The notes under the pieces: generated by a model
Told to the model about the DNA's origin: nothing
Seen by the model: the letters and a program-made list of their open reading frames with translations, nothing else
Database searches by the model: none
Part shown: positions 17,586 to 27,131 of the stretch, piece after piece
How positions within the stretch are numbered: the stretch's first letter is position 1
How the letters are laid out: each line of letters opens with the position of its first letter
NCBI GenBank assembly: GCA_965231155.1
Contig: OZ246418.1
Span: 302,850 to 366,849 of the forward strand
Length of the DNA: 64,000 nucleotides
Direction: 5' to 3'
Source: an uncultured Candidatus Saccharibacteria bacterium
GTDB taxonomy: Bacteria; Patescibacteriota; Minisyncoccia; UBA6257; 2-01-FULL-56-20
Program-made: the position numbers and the translations under genes

Positions 17586-17714
17586 GCATCAGTAGTGTCT
17601 AGCGACCTTTTAAGATTTATTTTTTCAGTTTCTTGTTTCAAGAAGATTTTCTCAAAACAAAAAACGTTTTCCATCACTTATTTGGCAGTAAGTATACGGA
17701 AGGTGAAGTGAGTG

Positions 17715-18200
17715 TCAAGGTGTGGACAATGACATTTTTGTTTCAAAACTACAACAGAGTGCAATTGCCAGTGCATCCCAGGCATCATCAATGAGTTTTA
17801 GTTCTTTTTGTTGAAGAATAAGTCCAACCATTTTCTCTACGGCTTTTTTATTAGATAGGCCATAGCCGGTGATACGACTTTTTATTTCGTTAGGAGAGAA
17901 CTCTTTAATGGGCAATTTTGCTTCAGCCAGCGTCATTAGAATTACACCGCGTGTTTGACCAACGGCGATACCAGTGGTTTGGTTACGAACGAAATAAAGT
18001 TTTTCAATGCTGGCAATTTCTGGTTTGAATTCTTTAATTATTTTTTGGAGTTCTTGTTTTGTTTCAAGAAGCGCACCAATATCGTCTTTGCTTTTTATTT
18101 TAAGGAGACCAGCGGTGATAAAAGAAAGTTTCTGGCCCTTTTTTTCAATTAGGCCATAGCCAATGCGTCGTGATCCCGGATCGATGCCTAAGATAATCAT
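17715..18200 (-). CDS. ruvC: Holliday junction resolvase RuvC
   Basis: MIILGIDPGSRRIGYGLIE at the N-terminus. 161 aa. Confidence 0.9.
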   Translation of the reverse strand: MIILGIDPGSRRIGYGLIEKKGQKLSFITAGLLKIKSKDDIGALLETKQELQKIIKEFKPEIASIEKLYFVRNQTTGIAVGQTRGVILMTLAEAKLPIKEFSPNEIKSRITGYGLSNKKAVEKMVGLILQQKELKLIDDAWDALAIALCCSFETKMSLSTP

Positions 18201-18748
18201 TCTGCGTCTGGGGTATTAACATAGATAGCATGAATGTCATCGTGATCGTCAACTGCTTCTATCAATCGTTCAAGCTTAGTAGCACCTTCAGCGCTCACCG
18301 CTTGCGGGAACTTTGCTTTCCAATTACGCTCTCCCTTTTCATCTGTTGTTTGTTCGAAGGCCCACCGGACGCTTCCTGACTCCGCCCATTTTCCTTCGTG
18401 GTCATGGAGAATCTTTTTCACCTCAGCTACGGTGCGGTTGCGATTATCGGTGATGGCTTCAATAAGAATTGCTGATCCGCCTGGTCCATAGGATTCAAAG
18501 ATCAGCTCCTCGAGTACTGCACTTTTATCAGCCGCTTTTTTGATCGCTCGTTCGATATTGTCATTCGGCATCTGGAATTCACGCGCTTTATCGATAGCTG
18601 AGCGGAGACGAGGATTGAACTGGGGGTTTGGTTCGGTTTTAGCCGCTGCGGTAATCGCCGCGCCGAGCTTAGAGAAAAGCTGTCCCCGTTTTTTATCGGT
18701 GATGCCTTTTTGGTGTTTGATCTGACTCCACTTAGAGTGTCCGGACAT
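18197..18748 (-). CDS. yebC: YebC/PmpR-family DNA-binding regulator
   Basis: MSGHSKWSQIKHQKG motif. The start is taken at this internal Met rather than the longer track ORF. Confidence 0.85.
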   Translation of the reverse strand: MSGHSKWSQIKHQKGITDKKRGQLFSKLGAAITAAAKTEPNPQFNPRLRSAIDKAREFQMPNDNIERAIKKAADKSAVLEELIFESYGPGGSAILIEAITDNRNRTVAEVKKILHDHEGKWAESGSVRWAFEQTTDEKGERNWKAKFPQAVSAEGATKLERLIEAVDDHDDIHAIYVNTPDAE

Positions 18749-18850
18749 ACCTTTTATACTAGATTTTGTTTGCGTGTGGTCAAGTCTCTCGGGAAAGAAA
18801 AAGAGCCTTGCATTCCCGAAGGAAGGCAAGGCTCTGAAATGAAAATGGTA

Positions 18851-19285
18851 TTACCAACGTCTCCATCCTCGACTTCTGCCGACGTAGATGCTGACCCTCG
18901 GGGAAGCGTAGTATCCTCCCCAGCCTCCCCGACGGAATGCGCAGTGGCCGACCTGGGTCTGTCGGTCGAGTTCTTCCCGGGTGACTATCCAGGCCTCTCG
19001 TTGGCCCGGATAGGAGGGACAGTACTTGCGTACCGCCGTTCCGTGGGGGCTAGAAGCGACCAGCGTCAGCTCAGTAGGCGAATTACCTTCAACAGTAGCC
19101 GACTGGCCACTGGAGATGGTAATCCGTTCATCGCCGACGATCCCCAGCGCCATCGGGGCGCCGGTTTGGTTTTCTACCTGGACGACGAGAGTCGCCAGAA
19201 GAGATGATCCACCTCCTTCGGTGATGCGCTGGGTGGCACATCCCGAAAGAAGAAGACACAAGCCAATCAGAATTTTTAGGGCCAT
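18851..19285 (-). CDS. Putative lipoprotein
   Basis: MALKILIGLCLLLSGCATQ, a lipobox LSGC with Cys at +1. Confidence 0.4.
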   Translation of the reverse strand: MALKILIGLCLLLSGCATQRITEGGGSSLLATLVVQVENQTGAPMALGIVGDERITISSGQSATVEGNSPTELTLVASSPHGTAVRKYCPSYPGQREAWIVTREELDRQTQVGHCAFRRGGWGGYYASPRVSIYVGRSRGWRRW

Positions 19286-19423
19286 CTCGCCCTCCTTTCG
19301 TATTTGTGGGAGTTACTGTTTACATTATCACATTATTTTTGTAAGTAGTCAATAGTACTATAGCAAAGAATATTTTTTCGAGAAACGGATATTCATTGTA
19401 GGAAAACTCTTTTAGAACTAAAA

Positions 19424-21109
19424 TTGAACTACATGGTTCTTCAGCCAAGAGATATTCAACAGAAAGTTTCTCAGATTCGTCGCGAGGCGGAGGAGCGAGC
19501 GGCTCAGGCGCGTGCTAAGCAGGCCGGCGTTGGATATGTCGATGTTCGGAAATCGCCGACTTCTTTAGATGCGCTGAAACTTTTAACCGAAGAGCAGTCC
19601 AGAAAAGCTCAGGCGGTAGTCATTCAGAAAGGAAATGGCACAGCTGCCTTAGCCGCCTATGATCCGAAGAGTGAAGAGGTGGCGGGAGTTCTTAAGATTA
19701 TTGAAGAGAAGGGATTTAAGGTGAAACTTTTTACGGTTTCTGAAGACAGTCTTGAGGAGGTGTGGAAGATGTATCGTTTCGTGTCTCAGGAGGTAAAAGA
19801 TATTACAGGGAATGTTGAGGTTACGAAGGATAATTTTGAAGAGACCAAGGCGCGACTGAAGGATTTTCACGGAGTAGAAAAAGAGTTTGCCGATTTAGAT
19901 TATGACAATATTCCAACCACTAAGTTTTTTGAGTTGGTGCTGATTGGTGCGATTACTTCGCGTGCTTCAGATATTCACTTGGAGGCCGAAGAGAAGGGTG
20001 CGCGTTTTCGGTATCGTATCGATGGCGTGTTGCACGATGTTTCGGCCAAAGTGCCAACGAGAAATTATGAAAATATTGTGACGCGAGTGAAGTTGCTCTC
20101 GGGATTAAAGTTAAACATTAAAACAGAAACACAGGACGGACGTTTCACAATTCGTTTAGCTGAAAAAGATATTGAGATGCGCGTGTCGATTATTCCTTCT
20201 CAGTACGGAGAGACGATCGTGATGCGTATTTTGGATCCGGCTGGTATTAACGTGACTTTGGCTCAGCTTGGTTTTCGAGCAGATGATCTGGAGTTGGTAC
20301 AGCATGAGCTGAACCGCCCGAATGGACTGATTTTAAATACTGGCCCAACCGGTTCGGGAAAAACAACAACGCTGTATACTTTTTTGCGTACGGTCAGCAG
20401 CCCAGAGATGAAGGTAATTACTATTGAGGATCCGGTGGAGTATCACCTGCCGGGGATTTCTCAGACGCAGACCGATCCCAAGGCGGGATATACATTTGCC
20501 AGTGGTCTGAAGGCAATTCTCCGACAGGATCCGGATATAATTCTCGTTGGTGAAATTCGTGATTTAGAGACGGCGGAGATTGCTATGAACGCCTCGCTCA
20601 CCGGTCACTTGGTGTTTTCCACACTTCATACAAATGATGCCTTAGGAGCAGTGCCTCGTTTTGTGGACTTAGGTGTAAAACCAGCAATCTTGGGGCCGGG
20701 CTTGAGTTTGGTTATTGCGCAGCGTTTAGTTCGAAAGCTTTGTGAGAAGTGTAAAAAACTGACCACCCCAACCGAGGAGATGGTTCAGAAGATAAAAGTT
20801 TTTTTGGAGAAACTTCCAAAACGAGTAGCTCGCGAACCGTATCAGGATTTCAAGATTTATGAACCGGCTGGCTGTGACGCGTGTGGCAACTTTGGATACA
20901 AGGGTCGTGTGGGTATCTATGAGTTCTTTCGCAATACGCCAGAACTTCAGGAGCTAATCGCTCAAGGAGTTTCTGTGGTGGCGCTTCGTAAAGAAGCGGT
21001 CCGTCAGGAGATGATCTTTTTACAACAGGATGGGATTTTGAAAGTACTTCAGGGTATGACTACGTTTTCTGAAGTGGAGGACGTGACTGGCGAGATCGAG
21101 TGGACATAG
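19424..21109 (+). CDS. GspE/PilB-family secretion or type IV pilus assembly ATPase
   Basis: Walker A GPTGSGKTTTLYT. C-terminal tetracysteine (CEKCKK...CDACGN). GspE N-terminal-like domain. No pilC/pilM/pilin genes adjacent. Confidence 0.85.
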   Translation: MNYMVLQPRDIQQKVSQIRREAEERAAQARAKQAGVGYVDVRKSPTSLDALKLLTEEQSRKAQAVVIQKGNGTAALAAYDPKSEEVAGVLKIIEEKGFKVKLFTVSEDSLEEVWKMYRFVSQEVKDITGNVEVTKDNFEETKARLKDFHGVEKEFADLDYDNIPTTKFFELVLIGAITSRASDIHLEAEEKGARFRYRIDGVLHDVSAKVPTRNYENIVTRVKLLSGLKLNIKTETQDGRFTIRLAEKDIEMRVSIIPSQYGETIVMRILDPAGINVTLAQLGFRADDLELVQHELNRPNGLILNTGPTGSGKTTTLYTFLRTVSSPEMKVITIEDPVEYHLPGISQTQTDPKAGYTFASGLKAILRQDPDIILVGEIRDLETAEIAMNASLTGHLVFSTLHTNDALGAVPRFVDLGVKPAILGPGLSLVIAQRLVRKLCEKCKKLTTPTEEMVQKIKVFLEKLPKRVAREPYQDFKIYEPAGCDACGNFGYKGRVGIYEFFRNTPELQELIAQGVSVVALRKEAVRQEMIFLQQDGILKVLQGMTTFSEVEDVTGEIEWT

Positions 21110-21156
21110 TGTGTATGAGAAATACGGGTTTCTTTTAGTATTTCTCATACACACTA
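21109..21156. terminator. Bidirectional hairpin terminator between pilB (+) and the GFA-family gene (-)
   Basis: 18-bp perfect inverted repeat agtgtgtatgagaaatac / gtatttctcatacacact with a 12-nt loop. Confidence 0.6.
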
Positions 21157-21182
21157 TGTCCACTACTAAAGAGGAGGGGGGG

Positions 21183-21524
21183 TTAGAGATCTTTTCCGTT
21201 ATAAGGGGTGAGCGTGAGTTCGGAAATATTGATTCCGTCTAAACAGCGGACGTTGATAGAGACTTTTGGAAAGGTGACTCCTTCGGCAAACGACTGGACG
21301 CCACATATTCGACAAAAGAGATGGCGAATCATTTTTTTATTAAAATTGTATTCAGTTAATTGATCGGCACCAGAAAGGAGTCTGAATTTATCTTTATCAA
21401 CAAACCCAAGAAGGAGACCCTTCTTTTCACAGTGGGAGCAGTTGCAAACAAGAATTTTTTCGAGATCCATTTCCACTTCATATCGAACTGCACCACAATG
21501 GCAACCACCAGAGTATGTTTTCAT
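21183..21524 (-). CDS. GFA-family (glutathione-dependent formaldehyde-activating / CENP-V-like) zinc-binding protein
   Basis: CHCGAVRYE...CNCSHC...CRICG cysteine pattern. Only the 3' 113 codons of the 415-aa track ORF are taken as real. An alternative start lies 39 nt upstream. Confidence 0.6.
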   Translation of the reverse strand: MKTYSGGCHCGAVRYEVEMDLEKILVCNCSHCEKKGLLLGFVDKDKFRLLSGADQLTEYNFNKKMIRHLFCRICGVQSFAEGVTFPKVSINVRCLDGINISELTLTPYNGKDL

Positions 21525-21606
21525 GTTCTTATGGTATAGCGATTTCTTTTTTTCTACTACCATGGCTTGCTTTATATCTGATAAGAGTCTAGTGTAGAAA
21601 CCATAT

Positions 21607-22209
21607 ATGGCATTTTTTAAAAAACCAGGAGGATTTGGAGGTGGGCGAGGCGGTGATCGTGGGAACGATCGTGGGTCAAGTCGTTTTGGCGACAAACCAC
21701 GCTTTGGCGATAGGAAGCCGAGTTTTGGTGGTAAGCCAGGTGGGTTTCGAGGCGGGGATGACCGTGGGGGATTTGGGGGCCGACCGCCAGTACAACTTTT
21801 TAAGGCAACTTGCGCTGAGTGTGGAAATTCCTGTGAGGTGCCTTTCCGTCCATCAGGCGAGAAGCCAGTGTATTGCAACAACTGTTTCACCGGCAACAAG
21901 GATCGCGACGGTGGTCGTAGTTTTGAGAAGCGAGACTTTAAGCCACGAGATTCTTTTGCACCGGCCTCGTCAGCACCAGACAAGCGAATTGATGAGATAA
22001 AGAAACAGTTAGATGTGATGCAGGCGAAGATAAACGATATCTTGCAGATGCTCACCGTGTATAAGATTGATGAGGCGAGTAAGCGCCAGCCTGTCGTAGA
22101 ACCAAAGAAAAAAGTGGTGCCTATGTCTGCGCCGACTCTTACTCTAAAGAAGAAGGTGGTTGCGAGTGTAGTTACACCAAAAAAGAAAACTACTCCAAAG
22201 AAGAAGTAA
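21607..22209 (+). CDS. Gly/Arg-rich protein with a CxxC-x17-CxxC zinc ribbon and a Lys-rich tail
   Basis: FGG/RGG-type repeats, then CAECGNSCEVPFRPSGEKPVYCNNCF, then a coiled-coil segment, then KKKVV...PKKK. Confidence 0.45.
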   Translation: MAFFKKPGGFGGGRGGDRGNDRGSSRFGDKPRFGDRKPSFGGKPGGFRGGDDRGGFGGRPPVQLFKATCAECGNSCEVPFRPSGEKPVYCNNCFTGNKDRDGGRSFEKRDFKPRDSFAPASSAPDKRIDEIKKQLDVMQAKINDILQMLTVYKIDEASKRQPVVEPKKKVVPMSAPTLTLKKKVVASVVTPKKKTTPKKK

Positions 22210-22233
22210 GAGGGTGGGTTAGTATTTTTCCTG

Positions 22234-22740
22234 ATGCAAGTTCCCTGGCGACGATCAGACAAATTCAAAAAACCGGACCAAGGTCCGGTATACCTCACTT
22301 CCGAGGGACACGAGCGTCTTAAAAAAGAACTTCTTGAGTTGAAAAAGATTCTTCCCGCACGGATTGCCGAAACCGCTCGGACGGCGGCGTATGGTGATCG
22401 TTCAGATAATGCCGAATACAAACAGGCCAAAGGCGCGCTTCGTTGGACGAACTATCGAATTTTGGAAATTGAGGATCAGTTGAAACGAGTTTCTGTTATT
22501 GAAGTTGGTAAAAATAGGACTGGTCTAATTCGTCTCGGTTCAATCGTTACCTTAGAGACCAAGAGTAGGGACAAAAAAATTTTCCAAATAGTTGGAGACA
22601 AGGAAACAAGGCCTGAGCAGGGACGGATCTCTTATGAATCTCCGTTGGGAAGTTTATTAATGAACAAAAAAATTGGCGACATAGTTTTTCTTGAGACGAC
22701 TCACGGTACGCAGCAATTTCGTATTGTTGGGATAGGATAG
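22234..22740 (+). CDS. greA: Transcription elongation factor GreA
   Basis: LTSEGHERLKKEL...GDRSDNAEYKQAK...SYESPLGSLLMNKKIGD match GreA signature regions. Confidence 0.8.
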   Translation: MQVPWRRSDKFKKPDQGPVYLTSEGHERLKKELLELKKILPARIAETARTAAYGDRSDNAEYKQAKGALRWTNYRILEIEDQLKRVSVIEVGKNRTGLIRLGSIVTLETKSRDKKIFQIVGDKETRPEQGRISYESPLGSLLMNKKIGDIVFLETTHGTQQFRIVGIG

Positions 22741-22746
22741 ATTCTT

Positions 22747-23172
22747 TTGAGGAAGCTTTTGTTGTGTTTTGTTATACTGTTTCATATGAATGAAGACAAG
22801 CATCCTTTTGCTTTCTCCTTGGGAAGGTTTTTCTCTGGGCTGGTAGTGGGATGGGGCATACCACTTTTGCTGGCAGCTTTTTTAGGAAAGATAAGTGGCG
22901 AGTCGTTTGGATTATTTGTATTTTTGCCAAGCGGTTTTTTTTATAGTTTCACAGTTTTCTTTTTTCTCTTTATAACGAAGTGGTTCAAGAGTGGAAAGTT
23001 GCCGTTGTTTTATCTAGGGACTATTATTTCTTGTTTTTCTCTCCTTCCTATGATCTTGGCTACTTTCTTTGGGCCGGGTGATGAAGGTGTAATAGTCACC
23101 CATCTTGTTTCCTTGCTCAGGCTGGCTATAGTGTATCCGTTCGAGGCATTACTTAAGTTTGTTTTTAGGTAG
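22747..23172 (+). CDS. Hypothetical membrane protein
   Basis: Multiple hydrophobic helices. No motif. Confidence 0.3.
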   Translation: MRKLLLCFVILFHMNEDKHPFAFSLGRFFSGLVVGWGIPLLLAAFLGKISGESFGLFVFLPSGFFYSFTVFFFLFITKWFKSGKLPLFYLGTIISCFSLLPMILATFFGPGDEGVIVTHLVSLLRLAIVYPFEALLKFVFR

Positions 23173-23209
23173 ATTGTTCTTTAAAAGTATTTCTTCTATT
23201 ATCACGAAT

Positions 23210-23905
23210 ATGATTAAGGGCATCGCATTTGATCTCGAGGGGACGGTGGTAGATGTGGAGGCGGCGCACCATCAAGGACATTTTGTGGCAGCACGGGAGG
23301 TGGGGGTGGAGCTTGATTTAGATTCGGCGCTAGAGAAGCTTCCTCATTTTATTGGCGGTCCGGATGATCGGATTGCCGAGGAGATTCTGGCGCTTTCTCC
23401 GCAGAAAGATTCGATTACCGCTGAACAGATTTTAGTGCGGGATAAGTACTGGTATGAGATATATCTCAAAGAACTGCCAGTGGCGCCCCGACCAGGATTT
23501 TTGAGAGTTTTTAACGAGCTAAAGGAGCATGGCTTTTTGGTGAGTATCGGATCGTTAACGGCTGAGATTCAGGCCACTTTTCTTCTCGATCAGTCAGGAC
23601 TGAAGCAACTTTTTGGAGCAGAGAACATTGTTCTTCGTGAACATGTGGAAAATATGAAACCAGCTCCTGATGTTTTTTTGAAGACTGCGGCGATTATGGG
23701 GCTTGATCCTAAGGAACAGTTAGTTTTTGAGGACTCGTCAAATGGCGTGCGCGCCGCTCGGGCGGCGGGGTCGATAGCAATCGGGATGCCGGTCTACAAT
23801 CGCCCGGAAACAGTCCAGGCACTGACCGAGGCTGGGGCGTCCAAAATATTTACTTCCTGGGAGGAGATAAATATAGAGGAGTTGATTCGAGAACTTTCGT
23901 CCTAG
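23210..23905 (+). CDS. HAD-superfamily hydrolase (beta-phosphoglucomutase-like subfamily)
   Basis: Motif I IAFDLEGTVVD at the start (internal Met chosen). Later EDSSNGVRAARAAG, a motif III/IV-like region. Confidence 0.7.
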   Translation: MIKGIAFDLEGTVVDVEAAHHQGHFVAAREVGVELDLDSALEKLPHFIGGPDDRIAEEILALSPQKDSITAEQILVRDKYWYEIYLKELPVAPRPGFLRVFNELKEHGFLVSIGSLTAEIQATFLLDQSGLKQLFGAENIVLREHVENMKPAPDVFLKTAAIMGLDPKEQLVFEDSSNGVRAARAAGSIAIGMPVYNRPETVQALTEAGASKIFTSWEEINIEELIRELSS

Positions 23906-23908
23906 GTT

Positions 23909-24919
23909 CTACTCTGAGATAAGGACGGTGTTGCCTGTGGGTACAAACTGAAAATGTTCTTCTTTGAACTTGCGGAGCGCTTTTCTAATGGCACGGTGTT
24001 TTGAAGGAGGGGCGAGGAAGAACATAAATCCGCCGCCACCGGCTCCACTGACGCGGCCACCCCAAGCTCCCGCTTTTTTGGCTCGAGCGTACATAGTTTC
24101 AAGATGAGGAGTGGTTACGCCAGCCGTCAGATTTTTCTTTACTACCCACTCTTCTTCTAGGATTTCCGCAAAACGTTTGAGATTTCCACCTTTAAGGGCC
24201 TTAATCGCTGGCGGAATAAGAGCGGCCATTTGTTGGAGATAGGAGAAGTTATCTTTGTGTTTCTTTTTTTGCGCGCCAAGGATGGTAGTCGCGGAGTGAC
24301 CGTGGCCGGTATTAAAGACCAGGAAGTGCTTATAGAAATCTTTTGCAGCGTTTTGAGAGAGTTTAATTTCAGTGCGTTCGACGTAGCCGTCTTTTTTAAA
24401 AACCAGATAGTTGATTGCTCCAAAGGCGGCGCCATACTGATCCTGTTTGCCGATGGGCTCCTTGAGGATGTTAATTTCTAAATGAGAGGCGGCTTCGGCG
24501 AGTTCGCGAGGAGAGGGTTTTTTGCCGAGAAGAGTGGAGAGGGCAGAGATGATGGCTACACTGAAGCTGCTCGAGGAGCCGAGACCGGCGCTGCCGTGGA
24601 GATCAGCCAGAGAGATAATCTCGATGTTTTTTTTGATTCCGGCTTCGATTAACGCAGCCTGAGTCCGGGAACGGGGAAGTTTTTCCGCAGAAGAGACCTC
24701 TTTGATATCTTCATAGATAAAGCGGACTTTTGGTTCCTCGATTCTTCGCACGAGAACATAAATGTACTTATTGATTCCGGCGTTCAAGACGCGGCCGGTG
24801 GCGCGGGTATAAAAGGAAGCCATGTCGGTGCTGCCACCCAAGAACTCTAGGCGGAGAGGTACCCTCACTAGTGCCAGCTTTTTAGTTGTCGATTTTTTTC
24901 TTTGTTTCGCTTTTCTCAT
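23909..24919 (-). CDS. GHMP-family sugar kinase
   Basis: RLEFLGGSTD N-terminal motif and the GLGSSSSFSVAIISAL phosphate-binding motif. Confidence 0.7.
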   Translation of the reverse strand: MRKAKQRKKSTTKKLALVRVPLRLEFLGGSTDMASFYTRATGRVLNAGINKYIYVLVRRIEEPKVRFIYEDIKEVSSAEKLPRSRTQAALIEAGIKKNIEIISLADLHGSAGLGSSSSFSVAIISALSTLLGKKPSPRELAEAASHLEINILKEPIGKQDQYGAAFGAINYLVFKKDGYVERTEIKLSQNAAKDFYKHFLVFNTGHGHSATTILGAQKKKHKDNFSYLQQMAALIPPAIKALKGGNLKRFAEILEEEWVVKKNLTAGVTTPHLETMYARAKKAGAWGGRVSGAGGGGFMFFLAPPSKHRAIRKALRKFKEEHFQFVPTGNTVLISE

Positions 24920-25538
24920 AGCTCCATTATTTTACCACTTAATTAGTGGAAGATTCATAGGTGAAGTTGTCATAATATACAAAAATACCAGACGGATGTC
25001 TGGTAGAAGTAAAAACAGTCTTTCATCTGGGGGTAATCCTGCAAGCAGGAGAGTCTTTTCTAAAATAAATTTTAGAAAAGGTTAGAAGTGCTCCGAGGAG
25101 AGATTTCGCCGAAGCCAAACCGTCCTAAGACTAAGAGCAATTCCCGCCCCCTTATATAAAGAAAGGATTAGTTTCCTTATATAAGGGGGCCACCCCCAGA
25201 TGAAAAACCACTTTTCAGTTGTTGGCCCATTATAGCAGACATTCCCAATTTGTCAATACCTAGGGAATTCGGCTCGTTTCGGGGAGGATAACAGGGTTCA
25301 ATAATGCCCTAGTCGGTAAAAGCCGTCAAGGAGGGGTCTGGATAACAAGTGTATATGTTTTTTTGGGGCTATTTTTAAGACTCGGATGAAATATTGCTAT
25401 ATTTCTCCTTTGCTCCTGCCGTCGCAGTCCGCAAGGTCTTAAAAAAATAGCCCAGAAAAACAAGGGAGGGGAGGGATAGATAAAATGTATATACAAATTG
25501 GCAGGTTTTTGAGGGCTGGTTTACAATTCTGGCTATAG

Positions 25539-26540
25539 ATGACTACGAAACCAAATCCAGAAGAAAATATTGATTCCAGTGTTGATCAAGCTCTTCGGCC
25601 ACAGAAGTGGGCGGAGTATGTTGGTCAGGAGAAGATTAAGGAAAATCTGCGGATTATGATTGAGGCGGCCAAACAGCGGGGAGAGTCGGCAGACCATCTT
25701 TTGTTTTCTGGTCAGGCGGGTTTGGGAAAGACCACCCTGGCGAACTTGGTGGCGATGGAGCTGGGGAGTGGTTTGCGAATTACTTCTGGTCCGGCACTAG
25801 AGAAGATGGGTGATCTGGCAGCGATCTTAACCAACTTAGAAGCCGGGGATGTGCTTTTTATAGATGAAGCGCATCGCATGAACCGGATGATTGAGGAGGT
25901 GTTGTATCCAGCCATGGAGAGTCGGAAGTTACACCTGATGATTGGTAAGGGTCCGGCGGCGCGGAGTATTACTTTAGACTTACCGGCATTTACATTAATT
26001 GCGGCGACGACGCGAGAGAGTTTGTTGTCTGGTCCGCTTCGCTCGCGTTTCGGGGCAACGTTTCGGTTGGAGTATTACACGCCGGATGATGTTTCTACTA
26101 TTATTACCCGTTCCGCCGGTATTCTGAAGGTAAGGATTAATGAAAAAGCGGTGGAGATTCTTTCTCGAGCTTCTCGAGGAACTCCGCGATTGGCGAATCG
26201 TTTGTTACGACGCGCCCGCGACTACATGCAGGTGCAGGGTGAGTCGGAAATTACGGAGAAAATTGCGCGAGACACGTTGCAACTTTTAGAGATTGACGAG
26301 ATGGGACTTGAGCCACACGACCGGAAGATTTTGGAAGCGATTATTAATAAGTTCAGTGGTGGGCCAGTGGGATTAGGAACCTTGGCGGCGGCGCTTACGG
26401 AAGATCGTGGCACTCTTGAGGAAATCTTTGAACCATATTTAATGAAAATTGGATTTTTACAGCGCACGCCAGCTGGACGCATAGTTTTGCCTCCTGCCTA
26501 CGAGCATCTTAAAATTCGTCGCCACGGGGAGTTGTTATAA
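25539..26540 (+). CDS. ruvB: Holliday junction branch migration helicase RuvB
   Basis: LRPQKWAEYVGQE...GQAGLGKTTLA Walker A, DEAHRM Walker B, and a C-terminal winged helix. Confidence 0.95.
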   Translation: MTTKPNPEENIDSSVDQALRPQKWAEYVGQEKIKENLRIMIEAAKQRGESADHLLFSGQAGLGKTTLANLVAMELGSGLRITSGPALEKMGDLAAILTNLEAGDVLFIDEAHRMNRMIEEVLYPAMESRKLHLMIGKGPAARSITLDLPAFTLIAATTRESLLSGPLRSRFGATFRLEYYTPDDVSTIITRSAGILKVRINEKAVEILSRASRGTPRLANRLLRRARDYMQVQGESEITEKIARDTLQLLEIDEMGLEPHDRKILEAIINKFSGGPVGLGTLAAALTEDRGTLEEIFEPYLMKIGFLQRTPAGRIVLPPAYEHLKIRRHGELL

Positions 26541-26546
26541 GTTCTG

Positions 26547-27131
26547 ATGTTGCAGATTAGCGAGTGGTTGCCAAATCCAAAAGGTGTCGATTCCAAAGGG
26601 GAGTGGGTGGAGCTTCAGAATGGTAATACGACTTCCATCAACACGGCGGGGTGGGTTCTGAAAAATGAAAAAGGCGTGGGGTTTGTGTTGTCAGGTAGAA
26701 CGCTTTCTCCGGGGAATTTTTTGGTAATAAAGAAGCCTGAACTTTCTCTGTCACTTCGGAATTCAAATGGTGGTCTCGGTCTTTTTGATAGTTCTGGCAC
26801 ACTTGTTGATCAGATAAAGTTTTTAGGAACAGCGCCAGAAGGAAAAAGTTTCGGAAGGACTTCTCTGGGCAATTCCTGGATGACGCCAACGCCGGGAACT
26901 CCTAATCAAACTGCCAGTTCTTCTCTTACCGCCTCTGTCTTACCCCTCGAAAAGCCAATACACGATCCGTCTTTCCCCATAATTTCCTTTGTTTTCTTCC
27001 CTATTTTCATAACCGCCTTCCTTCTCTATACTGTTAAACAAGATGAAGTCTTATCCAAGCTCCTCCTTGAAGGAAACAGGCCAGATCGTGAAGACGAAGG
27101 TCTTGCCTATACTCTCAAAAAAGAAGAGTAA
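26547..27131 (+). CDS. Lamin-tail-domain (LTD) protein with a C-terminal TM segment
   Basis: ISEWLPNPKG...EWVELQN...AGWVL pattern typical of LTD domains. Hydrophobic C-terminal helix. The 3' end overlaps the tsaE track ORF. Confidence 0.5.
   Translation: MLQISEWLPNPKGVDSKGEWVELQNGNTTSINTAGWVLKNEKGVGFVLSGRTLSPGNFLVIKKPELSLSLRNSNGGLGLFDSSGTLVDQIKFLGTAPEGKSFGRTSLGNSWMTPTPGTPNQTASSSLTASVLPLEKPIHDPSFPIISFVFFPIFITAFLLYTVKQDEVLSKLLLEGNRPDREDEGLAYTLKKEE

Noticed and set aside
21183-22430. 415-aa minus-strand ORF spanning the Gly/Arg-rich gene
   Set aside because: The 5' 300 codons are the reverse complement of GGN/CGN low-complexity coding sequence on the plus strand (Pro/Arg/Ser-rich with no domain). 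Only the 3' GFA-family portion (21183..21524) looks genuine.
25147-25189. Palindrome cccccttatataa...ttatataaggggg as a rho-independent terminator
   Set aside because: No T-run follows it, and it lies upstream of both flanking genes. It is more likely a regulatory palindrome or RNA structure, and is reported as a finding instead.
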